From Flavobacterium sp. (GTDB lineage: Bacteria; Bacteroidota; Bacteroidia; Flavobacteriales; Flavobacteriaceae): a stretch of 64,000 nucleotides of DNA. A model generated the notes under the pieces. It was not told where the DNA came from. It saw only the letters and a list, made by a program, of their open reading frames with translations, and did no database searches. Position numbers and translations under genes: made by a program. This document shows positions 60,741 to 64,000 of this stretch, piece by piece (positions within the stretch are counted from its first letter, which is position 1; each line of letters begins with the position of its first letter). The DNA lies in NCBI RefSeq assembly GCF_017744675.1, contig NZ_JAGIAV010000003.1:226719-290718 (forward strand). The letters are read 5' to 3'.

Positions 60741-63014
60741 TTATTTCGTTGGAGGTAAAATTGTCGTTCCCCAAGCTGAAGGTTTTGAATCCATTTCTAA
60801 AACCAATTCGCCTCCGTTATTAATATCATCATGCGTAATCCAAGCTTTGCTGTATGGTTTTCCATTTAACAATGCGCTTTTTATATATCTGTTTTTATCC
60901 GTCATTTTTTTAGCTGAAATGGTAAACTTTTTTCCATTTTCCAACTGGATTACTGTTTCCTTAATTAAAGGCGTATTAATCAGATAATACGGTTGTCCTG
61001 CATTTGGATACAATCCCATCATATGAAAAGCCAACCATGAAGACATCGCGCCAGAGTCGTCATTTCCAGGCAAACCTTCTCTCGAAGTATTAAAATTACT
61101 CTTTATAATGGTTCTAATTCTGTCGCTGCTCAAATAAGGTTTCCCGATCCAGTGGTACAGGCAAGGCGTTAAAAATGAAGGTTCATTGGCCACATTATAC
61201 AAATTCTGATCGAAGAAAATATCCAAACGGTTTTCAAATGCTTTTTCTCCTCCTGATTTCTTGATCAATTCTGGAACGTCATGCGGAATGCTGAATGAAT
61301 ATTCCCAAGAAGTTCCTTCGTAGAAAAACACGCACCAATGGCAAACATACCAAGGCGATTCGATAATAACAGGCGTATATTTAAAAGTCGGTTTCTGGAT
61401 TTTAGATTCTCCAAAAACTACATCGTCCAGCCAGTTTCCGTCTTTGTCTTTTGGCATGATAAATCCTTTTGCACCATTATTTTCATAATCAGGACGCCAT
61501 AAATTCTGCCAGCTTTCTGCCTGTTTCATGTATTGATTATAAAGTTCGGTTTTGCCTAAACCTTTGGCTACCGTGGCAATATTATAATCGTTGTACGAAT
61601 AGTCAATTGTTCGGTTTCCTGCACGGTCTGTGCCATAAGGAACATATCCTAATTTTAGGTAATCGATAAGTCCGCCTCTTCCTTCTTTTTCTTCATTTCC
61701 TCCAGGCGGAACTGTAGCGTCTTTTAGCATTGCTTGAAGCGCCAACTCGTAATCAATTCCTTTTAAGTTCTTTACAAAAGCATCGGCAATAACCACCTCA
61801 GCATTTGATCCTCCTTGAGTTCTTCCGTTATCGTTACCGCTTCTGCCTTCGGGCAAATATCCTTCGCGTTTATAAATATTCAGCATGGCATTTATGATAT
61901 CCACTTTTCGTTTGCTGTCAATTAAAGTGATTAGAGGACTTGATGTTCTAAAGGTATCCCAAATGGTGTAAAAATCATCGTAATACGGCTCGTCATTGGT
62001 CCATAATGGATTCTCACCAGTTCTGTCTACAGGCATAATCATGGTGTGATATAAACCGGTATAAAACATTTTTTTATATTCGTCTGAAGTGTCTTTTGAA
62101 AGCTGTATACGGCTTAGTAAATTCTCCCACTTGTTTTCTAAAGTCTTTAAAACCTCATTAAAGTTCCAGTGTGGGATTTCTGCCTCTATATTGTTTTTAG
62201 CTTTTAATTCGCTTAAAAAAGAGATTCCGATTTTAACATTCAGTTCTTCTTTTCCTGCATTTCCAAAAGAAAGAAGCGCTGCTGTTTTCTTTCCTGAATC
62301 AAACTGAGCTTTTTGATTATTGAAAAATTTTCCGTCTTTGAAAGTTACATATTTTGATATCGGCTGATCGAAAACAGCACAGAAATATACCGTATACGCT
62401 CTTCCGTTGTTCCATCCGCCTCTAATTCTGCTGTATCCTCTAATTTCTGTGTCTGAAACGATCTCGATTTGAGAGCCCACAAACTGCTGAGCTTCTCTAG
62501 CATCTGGAATTTTTTCTTCTCCCAGAAAAAATCCTGGGTCTATTTTTAATTCTTTAGAACTATTTTCTGGATAGGTAATTCTATAAAATGAAACTTTCTC
62601 TCCAGTTGTAATTTCAGTTTTAATGTTATTTTCCTTGAAAACAGTTTCGTAATAGCCCAATTTTACATTTTCTTCAGCTCTGAAAGAAATCTGATCCATC
62701 TTATTTAAAGTACCCGAAAAAGGCATAATCAGGATGTTTCCGTATTTTGGTCCGCCACCTGTTCCGCTTACATGCACCTGACTGAATCCAGTTACTTCTT
62801 TAGGCATTGGAAGCCAACCGCTGTTTGGACTCGAAGTACAGTCGGGACTTGGTTTTACCATTCCGTACGGGCAAGATGGACCAATAAAAACCCTGCCCAC
62901 ACCTTCTGACCCAATCATTGGATCTACATATTGGTGTACACTCTGCTGGCCATTGCAATTGAAGGCAAGAAAAAAACTTGCCGCGAAAAAAAGGAGAAAC
63001 TTTGTATTTTTCAT
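60741..63014 (-). CDS. Glycoside hydrolase family 92 (alpha-mannosidase)
   Basis: 757 aa with a signal peptide. YVDPMIGSEGVGRVFIGPSCPYGMVKPSPD and GLPGNDDSGAMSSW are GH92 hallmarks. Confidence 0.9.
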   Translation of the reverse strand: MKNTKFLLFFAASFFLAFNCNGQQSVHQYVDPMIGSEGVGRVFIGPSCPYGMVKPSPDCTSSPNSGWLPMPKEVTGFSQVHVSGTGGGPKYGNILIMPFSGTLNKMDQISFRAEENVKLGYYETVFKENNIKTEITTGEKVSFYRITYPENSSKELKIDPGFFLGEEKIPDAREAQQFVGSQIEIVSDTEIRGYSRIRGGWNNGRAYTVYFCAVFDQPISKYVTFKDGKFFNNQKAQFDSGKKTAALLSFGNAGKEELNVKIGISFLSELKAKNNIEAEIPHWNFNEVLKTLENKWENLLSRIQLSKDTSDEYKKMFYTGLYHTMIMPVDRTGENPLWTNDEPYYDDFYTIWDTFRTSSPLITLIDSKRKVDIINAMLNIYKREGYLPEGRSGNDNGRTQGGSNAEVVIADAFVKNLKGIDYELALQAMLKDATVPPGGNEEKEGRGGLIDYLKLGYVPYGTDRAGNRTIDYSYNDYNIATVAKGLGKTELYNQYMKQAESWQNLWRPDYENNGAKGFIMPKDKDGNWLDDVVFGESKIQKPTFKYTPVIIESPWYVCHWCVFFYEGTSWEYSFSIPHDVPELIKKSGGEKAFENRLDIFFDQNLYNVANEPSFLTPCLYHWIGKPYLSSDRIRTIIKSNFNTSREGLPGNDDSGAMSSWLAFHMMGLYPNAGQPYYLINTPLIKETVIQLENGKKFTISAKKMTDKNRYIKSALLNGKPYSKAWITHDDINNGGELVLEMDSKPSAWGTTILPPTK

Positions 63015-63031
63015 TCTTTGTTATTTCTTTA

Positions 63032-64000
63032 TTAAGACTTTGGCTGATCTGACATTCCTAAGATTAGCTCACCGCCCTTTGTAATTTCCTCATGCGTAAG
63101 CGTAAAATCTTTTACCGCTTTGTTATTGTATTTGATGTCTTTTATATACACTTTTTCTGGGCTGTTATTTTCAGCTTTAATCTCAAAAGTTTTTCCTGAA
63201 TAATATCTCGGATTCAAATCTATTGTAATTTTATTAAAAATTGGACTTCCTATTTGGTAAACCGCTTCTTTATCAGTTCCTCCATTCATTTGAAATAAAC
63301 CTAGTTTAAGCAAAACATTTAGGCTTCCCATCAAACCCTGATCTTCGTCGCCGTTGTAACCTGTTGCGGGAGATAATCCGCTGAAAGTGGTTTTGACTAC
63401 ATTTCTAGTCCAAAACTGCGTTAAATCGGGTCTTCCTAAAAGGGTAAAGATATTAGACGTCTGCATAGAAGGCTGATTTCCGAAATTTACAGGAATTCTA
63501 CTGAATTCTGGGTGCAATTCGGCATCATGCGAGGTGCCTGAGGTATACTTTAGCTTTTGAGCGGTTTCAAACTGGAGATTCAATTTTTCTGCTGCTTTTG
63601 CTTTTCCTCCCATTAAATTGGCTAAACCTTCCATATCATGCGGAACAAACCAAGTTGACTGTGCACCGTTGGATTCAATAAATCCGTTTTCATACTGATA
63701 CGGATCGTAATTTTCACGCCATTTCCCTTCTGCATTTTTAGGGCGCATCCAGCCAATAGCTGAATCAAATAGATTCTTATAGTTCTGAGACCTTTTCATG
63801 AAATATTGATAATCGTCTTCATGGTTAAGTTTTTTAGCCAACTGTGCCAAAGTCCAATCTTGATAGGCATATTCTAAAGTCTGGCTCGCTCCGTCTTCAT
63901 GGCTTCCAAAATTGCCATCGGGAAGCGGATACGGCACATATCCATTCTGTAAATAATATTTTAGGCCGCCTCCAATATTGGTATTGTGTTCATACCCCGC
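63032..64000 (-). CDS. Glycoside hydrolase family 92, C-terminal part (N-terminus beyond the window)
   Basis: The frame stays open to the window edge. LEYAYQDWTLAQLAKKL and GYNGDEDQGLMGS match the GH92 C-terminal catalytic region. Confidence 0.85.
   Translation of the reverse strand, partial: AGYEHNTNIGGGLKYYLQNGYVPYPLPDGNFGSHEDGASQTLEYAYQDWTLAQLAKKLNHEDDYQYFMKRSQNYKNLFDSAIGWMRPKNAEGKWRENYDPYQYENGFIESNGAQSTWFVPHDMEGLANLMGGKAKAAEKLNLQFETAQKLKYTSGTSHDAELHPEFSRIPVNFGNQPSMQTSNIFTLLGRPDLTQFWTRNVVKTTFSGLSPATGYNGDEDQGLMGSLNVLLKLGLFQMNGGTDKEAVYQIGSPIFNKITIDLNPRYYSGKTFEIKAENNSPEKVYIKDIKYNNKAVKDFTLTHEEITKGGELILGMSDQPKS

Overview
This is a low-GC chromosomal window, most likely from a Flavobacterium-like member of the Bacteroidota. 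Supporting signals: a T9SS type-A C-terminal sorting domain, a hybrid two-component regulator with an AraC tail, TAnnTTTG -7 promoter boxes, many glycoside hydrolases, and short palindromic intergenic repeats. I found no rRNA, tRNA, CRISPR array, integrase or transposase.

Layout:
(1) 1-12.8 kb holds a tightly packed four-gene minus-strand polymorphic-toxin operon: a T9SS-sorted beta-propeller protein, a 1617-aa giant protein with six Cys-containing modules, an RHS/YD toxin, and a lipoprotein that is a candidate immunity protein. Two divergent UDG-superfamily paralogues flank it.
(2) 12.8-28 kb holds housekeeping and regulatory genes, including katG, an outer-membrane beta-barrel, AraC/GlxA regulators and a fasciclin protein.
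(3) 29-37.4 kb is a stress cluster: hsp20, a translationally coupled NAD(P)H-quinone oxidoreductase plus DUF2652-like pair, two Tat-exported ferritin-like proteins, katE (HPII) and a YciE-like DUF892 protein.
(4) 38.2-64 kb is an all-minus-strand glycan-utilisation cluster: GH95, GH51, 2x GH28, an SSS transporter, a DUF5009-like acyltransferase, GH2, myo-inositol oxygenase, a hybrid two-component regulator, a metallophosphoesterase and 2x GH92. No SusC/SusD pair is visible. Its intergenic spacers are filled with at least four families of MITE/REP-like palindromic repeats.

The best candidate for an undescribed system is the T9SS-propeller / giant protein / RHS / lipoprotein operon. The structured intergenic repeat elements that bracket and subdivide the GH cluster come second.

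All family assignments rest on motif recognition from memory. No database search was possible.
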